Shown here in pieces: positions 47,776 through 58,405 of a stretch of DNA of 64,000 nucleotides. A model generated the notes under the pieces. The model was given only the letters and a program-made list of their open reading frames with translations. It searched no databases and was not told the DNA's origin. The translations under genes and the position numbers were made by a program. Within the stretch, counting starts at the first letter, position 1, and the number at the start of each line of letters is the position of its first letter. This DNA is from Flavobacteriales bacterium (GTDB lineage Bacteria; Bacteroidota; Bacteroidia; NS11-12g; UBA9320), in NCBI GenBank assembly GCA_020635435.1, contig JACJZU010000001.1:361450-425449 (forward strand), given 5' to 3'.

Positions 47776-50496
47776 ATGGTTACACATTCGTATTTGAGCA
47801 ATGCCGATGTAGAGGCGATCGATGCACTGTATAAGCAGTATCTGAGCGATAAGGATTCAGTCGATTTCGGCTGGCAGAAATTCTTCGAAGGGTTCGACCT
47901 GGCGTACAATCGGAACGGATTGGATAGCACTCCGGTTTCGGAGGATATGGTGAAGGAGATCAATGTTCTCCACCTGATCAATGAAGGATATCGGACGCGT
48001 GGACATTTATTCACCAAAACCAATCCGGTAAGGGAAAGGAGGAAATACAGTCCCACCCTGGCCATTGAGAACTTTGGATTGGAATCTGCCGATCTGGAGA
48101 AAACTTTCAATGCAGGCATTGAGATCGGGATCGGACCGGCCAAACTGAAGGATATTATTGCCCATTTGGAGAAGACCTACTGCGAAAGTATCGGGGTGGA
48201 GTTCATGTACATCCAGGATACGGAGCGGAAGGCCTGGTTGATGCAGAAAATGGAATCCTCTAAAAATCAGCCGCATTTGTCTTTGGAGCAGAAGCGACTT
48301 ACGCTGGAGAAATTGAATCAGGCTGTAGTATTTGAGAATTTCCTTCATACCAAATACATTGGACAAAAACGCTTTTCACTCGAGGGATTAGAGACATTGA
48401 TCCCTGCTTTGGATGCCGTGATCGAATTTGGCAGCGGACAAGGGGTTGAGGAATTTGTGATCGGTATGGCGCACCGCGGCCGCTTGAATGTTCTCGCCAA
48501 TATCATGCAGAAGAGCTATGAGGACATCTTCTCTGAATTTGAGGGCAAAGCGTTCCAGGATGCCATTTTTGAGGGGGATGTAAAATACCATCTCGGTTAT
48601 TCGAGTGATGTGACCACGAGCCTGGGCCATACAGTCCGACTCACACTATCTCCGAATCCGAGTCACCTTGAATCGGTAAATCCGGTGGTGTCCGGAATTG
48701 CACGGGCTAAACTGGATGGGCGGTATAACAACGACTTCAAACGCATCGCCCCAATACTCATTCACGGAGATGCCTCCATTGCGGGTCAGGGTATAGTTTA
48801 CGAAGTGATACAAATGGCCGGGCTGGATGCCTACAATGTGGGTGGTACGATTCACATTGTCACCAATAATCAGATCGGTTTCACCACGAATTATCTGGAA
48901 GGCCGTACATCGATATACTGTACCGATGTGGCTAAAACCACGAAATGTCCGGTGTTCCATGTGAATGGAGATGACGTGGAGGCGATCATTTACACGATAC
49001 GACTGGCAATGGAGTACCGACAGCGTTACAATGCAGATGTATTCATCGATCTTTTGGGCTACAGAAAGTACGGCCATAACGAGGGCGACGAGCCACGATT
49101 TACGCAACCCAAGTTGTACAAGGCCATTGCTAAGCACAATAACCCACGGGAGATCTATGAAGAGAAACTCATAGCTCAGGGTGGTTTGGATGCAAATCTT
49201 GCCGATAAGATGGAAACTGAGTTCAAGGCGCTTCTTCAGGAGAAATTGAACGATGTTCGGGGTGATTCCCATGTTCCTCAGGCTGCTGCGCCATCCAATA
49301 CCTGGGAACACATTCGCAAGGCAACGATCGACGATTTTCACGTTTCACCCAAAACCCGTCTTTCGAAGAAAGAACTGCTGAGTCTGGGTGAGCGCTTAAC
49401 CACCATTCCCAAAGACTTCAAGGCTTACCGGAAAGTGGAGAAACTGTTCGAGGATAGGCGCGAAATGCTGAAAAATGGTCGGTTCGACTGGGCCATGGGC
49501 GAACTTCTCGCTTATGCATCCCTGCTTTCAGAAGGGCATCCCGTACGTATGAGCGGACAGGATTGTGAGCGCGGTACTTTTTCGCATCGACATGCAGTGA
49601 TCGTTTCGGAAGATGCTGAGTTGGAATATGTTCCTCTGCAAAACATTTCAGATAAACAGGCCCGTTTCGAGATCTACAATTCCCTCTTATCCGAATTCGC
49701 AGTACTCGGATTTGAATATGGCTATGCACTTTCAAATCCCGACGGTCTCACGATATGGGAAGCTCAGTTCGGCGATTTTGCCAACGGTGCCCAGGTGATC
49801 ATGGATCAATACATAGCTGCAGGAGAAACGAAGTGGAAGCGCCACAACGGTTTGGTGATGCTTCTGCCTCACGGGCATGAGGGTCAGGGACCTGAGCACA
49901 GTTCAGCCCGGCCGGAGCGCTATCTGCAACTGTGTGCCAATGAGAATCTTCAGGTAGTGAATCCGACAACCCCTGCGAATTTCTTCCATGTTTTGAGGAG
50001 ACAGTTGAAACGCGATTTCCGAACGCCTCTGGTTGTACTTACACCCAAAAGCCTGCTGAGACATCCTGCATGCGTCAGCGATTTCAATGAATTCACATCG
50101 AACGATTTCCGTGAAGTGATCGATGATCTGGATGCCAAACCCTCAAAAGTTAAACGTGTTGTACTGTGCAGTGGCAAAGTTTATTACGATCTGCTTGCTG
50201 CCAAACAGGAAGCCGGCATTGAAAATGTAGCTCTTGTTCGTTTGGAACAACTCTATCCGCTTCCACAAAACCAGTTGAATGCCCTGGTGGAGAAATATGG
50301 AGATGCCGAATGGCTTTGGGTACAGGAAGAACCCAAGAATATGGGTGCCTGGACTTTTCTGTTGAGGTACGAATGGCCCAAGGGATTGCGCAATTTAAGC
50401 CGCAAGTCCAGTTCAACGCCCGCTACCGGATATGCCCATGTGCATAAACGCGAACAGGATGAACTTGTAACTAAAGCGCTGGATCTGGAATACTAA
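47776..50496 (+). CDS. sucA: 2-oxoglutarate dehydrogenase E1 component
   Basis: KRFSLEG, GMAHRGRLNVL, GDVKYHLG, NPSHLE, HGDASIAGQG, RGTFSHRH, WEAQFGDFANGAQ, QEEPKNMGAW. Confidence 0.97.
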   Translation: MVTHSYLSNADVEAIDALYKQYLSDKDSVDFGWQKFFEGFDLAYNRNGLDSTPVSEDMVKEINVLHLINEGYRTRGHLFTKTNPVRERRKYSPTLAIENFGLESADLEKTFNAGIEIGIGPAKLKDIIAHLEKTYCESIGVEFMYIQDTERKAWLMQKMESSKNQPHLSLEQKRLTLEKLNQAVVFENFLHTKYIGQKRFSLEGLETLIPALDAVIEFGSGQGVEEFVIGMAHRGRLNVLANIMQKSYEDIFSEFEGKAFQDAIFEGDVKYHLGYSSDVTTSLGHTVRLTLSPNPSHLESVNPVVSGIARAKLDGRYNNDFKRIAPILIHGDASIAGQGIVYEVIQMAGLDAYNVGGTIHIVTNNQIGFTTNYLEGRTSIYCTDVAKTTKCPVFHVNGDDVEAIIYTIRLAMEYRQRYNADVFIDLLGYRKYGHNEGDEPRFTQPKLYKAIAKHNNPREIYEEKLIAQGGLDANLADKMETEFKALLQEKLNDVRGDSHVPQAAAPSNTWEHIRKATIDDFHVSPKTRLSKKELLSLGERLTTIPKDFKAYRKVEKLFEDRREMLKNGRFDWAMGELLAYASLLSEGHPVRMSGQDCERGTFSHRHAVIVSEDAELEYVPLQNISDKQARFEIYNSLLSEFAVLGFEYGYALSNPDGLTIWEAQFGDFANGAQVIMDQYIAAGETKWKRHNGLVMLLPHGHEGQGPEHSSARPERYLQLCANENLQVVNPTTPANFFHVLRRQLKRDFRTPLVVLTPKSLLRHPACVSDFNEFTSNDFREVIDDLDAKPSKVKRVVLCSGKVYYDLLAAKQEAGIENVALVRLEQLYPLPQNQLNALVEKYGDAEWLWVQEEPKNMGAWTFLLRYEWPKGLRNLSRKSSSTPATGYAHVHKREQDELVTKALDLEY

Positions 50497-50599
50497 CAGT
50501 CTCGAACCCGCAAACATTCAAACGCTCTCCGGGTTCAAAAAGGCGAGCTGAGCTTATTCAGACATATTCAAAGCGACCTGCGAGGTGGATACGCTATGA

Positions 50600-51817
50600 T
50601 CACATGTTTGCGATGATCTCATCGCCGAATTCGGAGCACTTTAGGAGCGTGGCGTTCTCCATCAGTCGGTGAAAATCGTAGGTAACCCTTCCTGAAGATA
50701 TAGCACCTTCAACACCCTTGAGGATGAGATCGGCAACTTCGGACCAGCCCATATAGCGGAACATCATTTCACCGCTCAGAATAACTGAACTCGGGTTCAC
50801 TTTATCTAATCCTGCGTATTTTGGGGCGGTTCCATGGGTGGCCTCAAAAATGGCCTTGCCCGTAGTGTAGTTGATGTTCGCACCCGGTGCTATACCGATC
50901 CCCCCTACTATGGCAGCCAAGGCATCGGAAATATAATCCCCGTTGAGATTCAGGGTTGCTATAACGTCGTACTCAGCCGGACGCAACAGGATCTGTTGGA
51001 GGAACGCATCGGCGATCACATCCTTAACAACGATCTTCTTGCCATTCGGGTCGATGATCTGCCACGGACCACCTTCAAAATCTACTGCTCCGTATTCCGA
51101 TTTGGCGAGTTCATACCCCCAGGCTTTGAACATCCCCTCTGTAAATTTCATGATATTACCCTTGTGCACGAGCGTTACCGATCGGCGGTTATTGGCAATG
51201 GCGTAATCGATCGCTGCCCGAACCAGGCGTTGGGTCCCTTCCTTCGAAACAGGTTTCACGCCAATTGAAGATGACTCCGGAAAACGGATCTGGGTTACGC
51301 CCATTTCATCAACCAGAAATTTCTTGACCTTATCCGCTTCTGCAGTTCCGGCTACCCACTCGATACCTGCGTAAATATCCTCAGTATTCTCGCGGAATAT
51401 GATCATATCCACCTTTCCGGGTTCTTTAACCGGAGAAGGAACTCCTTTGAACCATTGAACAGGCCGGACACAGGCGTAGAGATCCAGTTTCTGTCTCAAG
51501 GCCACATTGAGTGAACGAATGCCCCCACCCACAGGTGTGGTCAACGGACCCTTGATCGCAACCAGATACGCATCTATGGCATCCAACGTGGCCTGTGGAA
51601 GCCATTCCCCGGTTTGATCGAATGCCTTTTCCCCCGCCAAAACCTCGAGCCACTCCACCTTTCGGGCACCTCCGTATGCCTTTTCAACCGCTGCATCGAA
51701 AACACGCTGTGAAGCCGCCCAAATATCCGGTCCGATCCCATCGCCTTCAATAAAGGGTATTACCGGATTCGCAGGTACCTGCAATTTGCCATTCTGTATC
51801 GTTATCTTGTTTCCCAT
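50600..51817 (-). CDS. icd: NADP-dependent isocitrate dehydrogenase (E. coli type)
   Basis: [69 protein letters not shown] at 51817. Confidence 0.97.
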   Translation of the reverse strand: MGNKITIQNGKLQVPANPVIPFIEGDGIGPDIWAASQRVFDAAVEKAYGGARKVEWLEVLAGEKAFDQTGEWLPQATLDAIDAYLVAIKGPLTTPVGGGIRSLNVALRQKLDLYACVRPVQWFKGVPSPVKEPGKVDMIIFRENTEDIYAGIEWVAGTAEADKVKKFLVDEMGVTQIRFPESSSIGVKPVSKEGTQRLVRAAIDYAIANNRRSVTLVHKGNIMKFTEGMFKAWGYELAKSEYGAVDFEGGPWQIIDPNGKKIVVKDVIADAFLQQILLRPAEYDVIATLNLNGDYISDALAAIVGGIGIAPGANINYTTGKAIFEATHGTAPKYAGLDKVNPSSVILSGEMMFRYMGWSEVADLILKGVEGAISSGRVTYDFHRLMENATLLKCSEFGDEIIANM

Positions 51818-51843
51818 TTGTTCTTGTACTGAAAAGTGAAGCG

Positions 51844-51851
51844 CAAAGATA
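51844..51851 (-). promoter_or_regulatory. -7 element TATCTTTG of icd
   Basis: CAAAGATA on the plus strand, upstream of the icd ATG. Confidence 0.6.
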
Positions 51852-51995
51852 CTTGTGATGACAGCGCTTATCTTGTGACAATTCTCAGTATTTGAGTGAA
51901 TTATCCGATCTGGGTTCGTGATCAAGAACCACGGATGGTCAGGTCATACCGATCAGCGGACTCATTACTCTATACACGGGACCCGATGATCTGCA

Positions 51996-52601
51996 TTACT
52001 CTTTGCGCAGCCAGCCCAGGATCCGCTTGTTCCGAATGTACCAGAGGGTATCGACTTGCTGAAGCTCAATTACAATCCGACTGGGAGCAGAAGGGCCGGG
52101 ATTCTGCTGTATGAGTTCAACCATTTCCGGATCAACCTGCGAAATGATCGCTACATGACCGTAACGATTCCAAATTGTACTCTGCATGACCACCAGATCA
52201 CCTTTTCGGGGTTTTTGTGCTGAAGGATTTCTGAATTGGATCAGGTCGCGTTGTTTATTCCATGCAGAATCCGGGAGTGTTGGATCAAAGAAATCCCTGG
52301 CATGACCATAGCTGTCGGGCATGCGATGTTGATAATATTCAAAATAATAGCGCTTAACGAATTCGACGCACTGGTACTTCAAACCGATATTGTAGCCATC
52401 TTGAATCGTACGTCCTTCTACATGGGCCACATCCCCATTGTAATATACTTTCACATGATCGAGGCTATCGATCGCCTGCCCAATGGAATAGTGCGTCGCT
52501 TTACCCCCTCTACACCCTGATGATACCAATTCGCAAAGCAGGAAAAAAGAGAAAACATAGCGAGAAAAATGATCCTGAAAAAAATGAGAAATACGCGCCA
52601 A
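51996..52601 (-). CDS. CHAP domain amidase (possible lipoprotein)
   Basis: GLKYQCVEFVKRYY (catalytic Cys), YGHVAII (His), IQQN. Start uncertain, TTG at 52601 preferred. Confidence 0.85.
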   Translation of the reverse strand: MARISHFFQDHFSRYVFSFFLLCELVSSGCRGGKATHYSIGQAIDSLDHVKVYYNGDVAHVEGRTIQDGYNIGLKYQCVEFVKRYYFEYYQHRMPDSYGHARDFFDPTLPDSAWNKQRDLIQFRNPSAQKPRKGDLVVMQSTIWNRYGHVAIISQVDPEMVELIQQNPGPSAPSRIVIELQQVDTLWYIRNKRILGWLRKE

Positions 52602-52651
52602 ACTATTCAACAGATCCGCATTCAAACCAAGCTTTTCAATATCCCAGATGG

Positions 52652-52939
52652 CTACTTGAAGAGAATGAGTGTGCTTTCCTCCACCGCATACAACCAATGC
52701 ACTACTTGAGGTTCAATTTGAACATACGATCCGGATCGAAGCTCAACCCGCAATCCCTGCTCATCTTCATATTCCACCAAACCCTCCACACAAACCAACA
52801 AGGCCGGAATTGGAGAACTATGCCGTTTCAACGCACCCTCCCTGCGAATGTGGATGGCCATTGCCTGAGCATGTTCCGTTTTGAACATGGAGGCGGTTGA
52901 CACTTCTTTGTCGCTCTTGGTCAATTCCCTGATATGCAT
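52652..52939 (-). CDS. Small cupin-domain protein
   Basis: LKRHSSPIPALLVCVEG..IEPQVVHWL. Confidence 0.75.
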   Translation of the reverse strand: MHIRELTKSDKEVSTASMFKTEHAQAMAIHIRREGALKRHSSPIPALLVCVEGLVEYEDEQGLRVELRSGSYVQIEPQVVHWLYAVEESTLILFK

Positions 52940-52999
52940 ACGCTGATCCTCAAATTACATATTGATCCGAGTATTTTTCAATTCCAATGAGCCCACAGA

Positions 53000-53533
53000 T
53001 CAAACATAAACAAAGCCCCGAAATCCTCGGGCAGCATAATAGGACGATGCTCCGTTATGGTACACGAAGACTGTCTTGTATCGGTAATCGGCAAAAAGGG
53101 CACCTCCCAGTTTTCGAATTCGTTCGGGTGTTTGTATCCAACTCGAGGTTTTCGTGTCGAATTCACCGAGCTCCTGGAGTTTTCGGTACATTTCCTCATC
53201 CAACATGCCAATCCCGATCTCTCGCGCCATTTCCATGACACTGTTATTTGGTTTATTTTCCTTTCGGGCATTCAGGGCGGCCATGTCGTAACACAGACTT
53301 CGTCTGCCGGAAGGGCTTTCCTTGGAGCAATCAACAAAAAGGAATCTCTCCGTCACATGGTCATATCCTATCACATCCGGCTCACCACCGCTTTCCTCCA
53401 TTCGGATCAGAATGGACAACTTCTCAGCATCCTGTGCTAATCTCCCCGCCACATCCTTCCAATTGATATCCGGATGCCTCTCCATATGCTCTTCAAACCG
53501 CTGCTTAAGCAGCTCGATCAAGTCTTTGCTCAT
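53000..53533 (-). CDS. DUF4256 family protein
   Basis: LKQRFEEHMERH, MEESGGEPDV, ESPSGRRSLCYD, FDTKTSSW, YHNGASSYYAARGFRG. Confidence 0.9.
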   Translation of the reverse strand: MSKDLIELLKQRFEEHMERHPDINWKDVAGRLAQDAEKLSILIRMEESGGEPDVIGYDHVTERFLFVDCSKESPSGRRSLCYDMAALNARKENKPNNSVMEMAREIGIGMLDEEMYRKLQELGEFDTKTSSWIQTPERIRKLGGALFADYRYKTVFVYHNGASSYYAARGFRGFVYV

Positions 53534-53787
53534 CTCATTCTAATTTAATGCCGTTGGTATAATGTCGTTATGAAAGTCTTTTGAATACATTCTGAATTGC
53601 CGCACCGAATTGTTCCTAACATTCATTTATACAAATCTTATTGAAATCAATGCAAAAAACCTGTTCTCTAGCTAAAAAGTCATCAGTGAAACAGCTTCAG
53701 GGTAATCGATCGACCTGATTTTGTGCTTATGCATTTTTTTCGACAATCACGTATTATTGCCAACTGAAAAATCATTATTATAAACTT

Positions 53788-54726
53788 ATGAGTCAACGAT
53801 CCTATTCACTTGGAATTTCCTTTCAACTTTTGTTGATAATTTGCGCCTTCTCCTTTATTAATTCCTCAGCTGTGGCTCAACCCGCGGGATGGCCGGCATG
53901 GGCTCCCTGGCCGGTGACTGCTACATATAACTTGAGCAATGCTGCTGCATCGGGCTGTCCAACTTCCATGCAATCGGTGACCTTCAGTTCGAATGTACAG
54001 ATCAACCAAAACAGTGGTACGATTCTGAACTTTTCAGAGACCATTAATGGATATTATTATGAAATCCAGGCCCTGAAAAATGGCTATGTGAATTTTCGGG
54101 TATACAAAGGGGCGAAGCCAAATACTTCATGCAATGTTTTCGGACTTGTTAACCTCGGCACCTTCCCGTCTCCTGTCAATTTTGGAGCTGTAAACACTTC
54201 CTCCAGCGGCTCCAACTGGAATTGTTCAACATGTGGAGTACCAACTGTCACAACCCCGATCACTTGCAGTGCGGCAGCAAGCAATCCGTCATGTTTTGGG
54301 GAATCAAGCGGATCTGCTACTGTTCAAGTGGCCGGTGGCAGCGGAAATTACACCTATTCCTGGTCGGGAGGTTCTCAAACCAGTGGCACGTCTTCAACTC
54401 TGAATGGACTCGCTCCCGGAAACTATACAGTTTCGGTTACGAATGGCTCGGAATCAACTACCTGTTCGGTAACGATAACAGGATCTGCTGAGATCAAAAT
54501 CTTCGTTCGCCCGACAGACAACTCGTCAATCAGCTCCCGTCCTTCGGGCAACGATGGCTTCATGTCGTTGATACTTGGCGCTACCCCTTCCGTTACGTAC
54601 AGTTGGACCGGTCCAAGCACATCCGCAGCGGCCGACCCAACGGGCATCAAACCCGGACGCTATATGTTGCAGGTACGCGATGGCAACGATTGTGAGGAAA
54701 CGGCAGGACCTTTCTTCTTGCGTTGA
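53788..54726 (+). CDS. Secreted protein with unknown N-terminal domain and SprB-type repeats
   Basis: Signal peptide ending AVA|Q; PSCFGESSGSATV..GG..YTYSW..GL.PG.YTV; tail similar to 21719-22975. Confidence 0.7.
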   Translation: MSQRSYSLGISFQLLLIICAFSFINSSAVAQPAGWPAWAPWPVTATYNLSNAAASGCPTSMQSVTFSSNVQINQNSGTILNFSETINGYYYEIQALKNGYVNFRVYKGAKPNTSCNVFGLVNLGTFPSPVNFGAVNTSSSGSNWNCSTCGVPTVTTPITCSAAASNPSCFGESSGSATVQVAGGSGNYTYSWSGGSQTSGTSSTLNGLAPGNYTVSVTNGSESTTCSVTITGSAEIKIFVRPTDNSSISSRPSGNDGFMSLILGATPSVTYSWTGPSTSAAADPTGIKPGRYMLQVRDGNDCEETAGPFFLR

Positions 54727-54772
54727 TTTAGGACAGAGCTCCTCACGGTCCGAAACTGATCGAGTGAATGAA

Positions 54773-54806
54773 CAGGAATGCGAAACACCGCCTTCCTGTT
54801 TTTTTT
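54773..54806 (+). terminator. Probable intrinsic terminator
   Basis: CAGGAATGCG-AAACAC-CGCCTTCCTG (one mismatch) followed by T8. Confidence 0.6.
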
Positions 54807-54881
54807 GCCTATTCATCACGAAGCCCATGAAATCTAATTGGTGGTAAATGGTGTTACACATTTGCAAAGAAGCCCATTAAA

Positions 54882-56831
54882 TTGCCACCTGATTTGAAAT
54901 CAATCCTCCGATATCTTTTCGCTGTCACGTCCATTTTAGCGAGCGTGTTCTCAGCAAAGTCGCAGTCGCCCGAGGAATGGTTGATGAAGGGCGAACGGAT
55001 GAACTTCGAGCGCAAGTTGGAACTGCAAAAAAAAGGAGGTACCGGTTTGGACTACGATCTTGTGTACCATCGCATTGAACTTAATCTGAACCCTTACAAA
55101 GATTCCATTTCAGGAAGTGTTCTCACCCAATTCCGTGCATTGGAGGAACAGTTGGAAGAGATCGCGTTTGACCTGCGTTCAAATATGAAGGTCGACAGTG
55201 TCCTGAAAGGGTCGCAACGTCTCAATTTCAGACGATCCGGAGATCTGCTGTACATCAGTTTATCGAAACCAATTTCAGCCGGTGCTTTGGATAGTGTGCA
55301 CGTATTTTATCAAGGCAATCCGGTGAACAACCCCTACAACAGTTATGAGCGCGAAAAACGCAGACCCAAAAATCCGCACCCGGCTATTTGGACACTTTCG
55401 CAACCCTACGGCGCACATGCCTGGTGGCCGTGTAAGGAAACGCTTACCGATAAGATCGATTCGCTGGATGTTTGGATAACCGTTCCTAAAGGGAATAAAG
55501 CAGCTTCGCTCGGCAAACTCCTCGACAGTTTACCGGTTGATGATTCTTCACTGCGCTTCCGTTGGCAACACCGCTACCCGGTTATAACATACCTCATTGC
55601 CGTAGCAGTGAGCAATTATGCGGAGTTCACCGATCAGGTATTTTGGGAAGATGGCGATTCCATGCCGATACTGAACTACGTGTATCCGGAATATGTTGCA
55701 TCGGGGAGGGAACCCGCCCGGGAAACTGTGCCGATGATGCATCTTTTCGACTCCCTATTCGGCCCTTATCCGTTCCGAACAGAAAAATACGGGCATGCCC
55801 AAATGCTCCGCAGCGGTGGCATGGAACATCAAACCATGAGTTTCATGTCGGGTTTGGAATATGGATTAGTTGCCCACGAATTGGCACACCAATGGTTTGG
55901 CGACAAAGTAACCTGTGCATCCTGGTCGGATCTTTGGCTCAACGAGGGTTTTGCGACCTACTTATCCTATGTGGCCTATGAATTTCTGCGTTCGGAGGAA
56001 GATGCCCGTGATGAACTTCAACGGATTCGCACATCGGCGATGAGTGAAAATAACGGATCTGTATTCGTTGCAGATACGCTCAACATATCGCGCCTCTTCA
56101 GCGGAAGATTGACCTACAGCAAAGGGGCCCTGGTACTGCATATGTTGAGGTGGACTGTTGGTGATGAGGCCTTTTTCCGTGGGCTTCGCAACTATTTGAG
56201 CGATCCGAGGCTTGCATTTGGCAGTGCCCGAACGGCAGATCTTCAGTGGCACCTGGAGCAGGCTTCCGGAAAGGATCTGAACGAATTCATGGCGGATTGG
56301 TTCTATGGGGAAGGCTACCCGACCTATATTATCCGATGGCGAATGGTAGGGAATGAGGCTGAATTGAAGATCAAGCAGATCGCAACTTCCACGGTGGATT
56401 TCTTCAACATTGAAATTCCGATTCAATTCCTGGGACCGGATCGAGACACCATCCTGATCATCTCCCCTCAGCAAGGAAAGGAACTCTATCGGCTGTATCC
56501 GGGATTCATTCCAGACAGCATCCGATTCGACCCCGATATGTGGATCATGGCCAAATCGCAGGTATTTTCCGAGAGTTCCATTGACCGGTCTATCTTCCTC
56601 TATCCGGTTCCGGCACAGGATGAATTGCGCATACGACATCAATTTGGCAAGATCGGTTCTGTTCAGATCTTCGATCTGCATGGTCGGGTCATTTCGGAAA
56701 GCACACAATTCGAAGAGAATGGGAAGATCATCCGAATTCCATTGGATGTCCTGCCCCCCGGGTGTTATCTCATCGAGATTCAGGGAGACAGCGGCATACT
56801 GCGCTCCTCATTTCTCAAAGCAGAATTTTAA
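54882..56831 (+). CDS. M1 family aminopeptidase with T9SS type-A CTD
   Basis: GGMEHQ, HELAHQWFG (HExxH), WLNEGFATY, YSKGALVLHMLR; LYPVPA..GCYLI CTD. Confidence 0.93.
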   Translation: MPPDLKSILRYLFAVTSILASVFSAKSQSPEEWLMKGERMNFERKLELQKKGGTGLDYDLVYHRIELNLNPYKDSISGSVLTQFRALEEQLEEIAFDLRSNMKVDSVLKGSQRLNFRRSGDLLYISLSKPISAGALDSVHVFYQGNPVNNPYNSYEREKRRPKNPHPAIWTLSQPYGAHAWWPCKETLTDKIDSLDVWITVPKGNKAASLGKLLDSLPVDDSSLRFRWQHRYPVITYLIAVAVSNYAEFTDQVFWEDGDSMPILNYVYPEYVASGREPARETVPMMHLFDSLFGPYPFRTEKYGHAQMLRSGGMEHQTMSFMSGLEYGLVAHELAHQWFGDKVTCASWSDLWLNEGFATYLSYVAYEFLRSEEDARDELQRIRTSAMSENNGSVFVADTLNISRLFSGRLTYSKGALVLHMLRWTVGDEAFFRGLRNYLSDPRLAFGSARTADLQWHLEQASGKDLNEFMADWFYGEGYPTYIIRWRMVGNEAELKIKQIATSTVDFFNIEIPIQFLGPDRDTILIISPQQGKELYRLYPGFIPDSIRFDPDMWIMAKSQVFSESSIDRSIFLYPVPAQDELRIRHQFGKIGSVQIFDLHGRVISESTQFEENGKIIRIPLDVLPPGCYLIEIQGDSGILRSSFLKAEF

Positions 56832-58228
56832 AACCGGCTCTCAAAGGCACCGGCATCCGGCTTAGCATCCCGGGTACGTTCAAGGAAATCTGTATTTACT
56901 ACCGGAGTGAGCACCCGACCAATATCCTTGGCGGCCGACAACGTGTCCAGATCAAAATTGTACGATCGGGGAGCAAGAAACCGGGGGTCTTCATTAACCA
57001 CATTGTCTGCACCCGGCACGTCCAAACCACTTAGCTCAGTGCGGATAAGATTGTTCTGAATTTCCAATGGTCCCACTTTGTTTTCATCGAGATCCAGGGC
57101 AAACTCATTGTCGAGCGATCCATAGATGATGTTGTTTCGGAATGATGCCGTAACCGGGTAGGTAGCGATCACATTGCCCAATTGGTCGCGTTCAATATTG
57201 TTCAGGGCGAAAGTGGGATCGCGCCTTGGAAATTCGAAGTTGAATGTGGCGAATGTGCAATTTCGCAAGAGATAATCCCCTCCGTACAGACCCAGAAACG
57301 TGAAGCGAGCACAATTGACAAAAACTGAATTCTCCGCCATGAGTGAACTTCCCCGTCCCGAAAGTCCGTCAAAACTCATATTCCGTACCTCTGTATTGTA
57401 TACCTCCACAACGTAATTCCCATCAACACTGCTGGAATCGCAGTAAATACCCACTGTTCCGTTTTTAATGCGGGCATGCCGGATCCTGTTTGCTTTCGAC
57501 GGATAACCAAACCAGATTCCGCCCCATTGCCCGGCAACTTCTTCGTAGTCGGGTTCGAGTCTGTCACCCTCAAAACGCACAGGTTCATCCACAGTTCCCT
57601 CGATCTTCAGGGTGCCTTCAACGAACAACCAGGAACGTGGTGCAAAGTGAAGTCGAACCCCGGGACCAATGGTGAGCTCGCAATTCTCGGGAACGTAAAG
57701 GTATCCATACACTACGTAGGGCTTCAATTTATCGTCCAAACGGGCATTGCAGAGGCTGTCGCGGAATATGTAATGCGCATCCTGCCCCCACGCAACAAGT
57801 TGTACCTTCTGATCATCTCCGTTCGTATGTATAAGTATGGAATCCCGAACTATGAGCGGCAAAGCCTGTGGATCGCGGTTCGGGTCAACTGATAGCTCTA
57901 CGAACACAAATACACTATCCTTACCCAGGATCTCAACATCGTCGATGCGGTTTCCACTTGTGCCATCCACATTTATTCGGAAAGTACTCCCGCTACCACC
58001 GGCCACCTGAAAACTGGCAAGTACCGGTTCCTTTCCGGGATTGACCACCACAAACTGCTTGTTCACCGACATGGGAACACCCGGAGATGGACTCGTGAAC
58101 ACGGTATCGAATACCATTGTGTCTGCTTTGATATCAAGCTTGAATCCCGGATCGGTATTGAATTCCGGTCCGTCCTTACACCCCCAGGCAAGGAGCATGG
58201 TGGCAACAACTAAAAAGATCAACCTCAT
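56828..58228 (-). CDS. Lipoprotein with Ig-like and right-handed beta-helix regions
   Basis: Lipobox AWGC; DTMVFDTVFT, LTIGPGVRLHF, GTVDEPVRFEGDRLE, GQWGGIW. Confidence 0.75.
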   Translation of the reverse strand: MRLIFLVVATMLLAWGCKDGPEFNTDPGFKLDIKADTMVFDTVFTSPSPGVPMSVNKQFVVVNPGKEPVLASFQVAGGSGSTFRINVDGTSGNRIDDVEILGKDSVFVFVELSVDPNRDPQALPLIVRDSILIHTNGDDQKVQLVAWGQDAHYIFRDSLCNARLDDKLKPYVVYGYLYVPENCELTIGPGVRLHFAPRSWLFVEGTLKIEGTVDEPVRFEGDRLEPDYEEVAGQWGGIWFGYPSKANRIRHARIKNGTVGIYCDSSSVDGNYVVEVYNTEVRNMSFDGLSGRGSSLMAENSVFVNCARFTFLGLYGGDYLLRNCTFATFNFEFPRRDPTFALNNIERDQLGNVIATYPVTASFRNNIIYGSLDNEFALDLDENKVGPLEIQNNLIRTELSGLDVPGADNVVNEDPRFLAPRSYNFDLDTLSAAKDIGRVLTPVVNTDFLERTRDAKPDAGAFESRF

Positions 58229-58236
58229 GGCCGGTT

Positions 58237-58244
58237 CAAAAGTA
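58237..58244 (-). promoter_or_regulatory. -7 element TACTTTTG
   Basis: CAAAAGTA on the plus strand, 8 nt before the ATG at 58228. Confidence 0.55.
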
Positions 58245-58405
58245 CGAATCCCCGGAACAGTAACGCGTTGTTTGGCTCAGTGTTGCCATTGTGAACCCGT
58301 ATGATGAAAACGTCCTGACACACCGGGATAATAATTCGAAACGGTTATGAATGAAAGGCCCCGTTCATTGCCCTTCTGTGCATATACGGATCGAATTTTT
58401 GCAAA

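Noticed and set aside
50505-50545. GAACCCG...CGGGTTC inverted repeat between sucA and icd
   Set aside because: 7-bp stem with a 19-nt loop and no clear T tract; too weak to call as a terminator or ncRNA.
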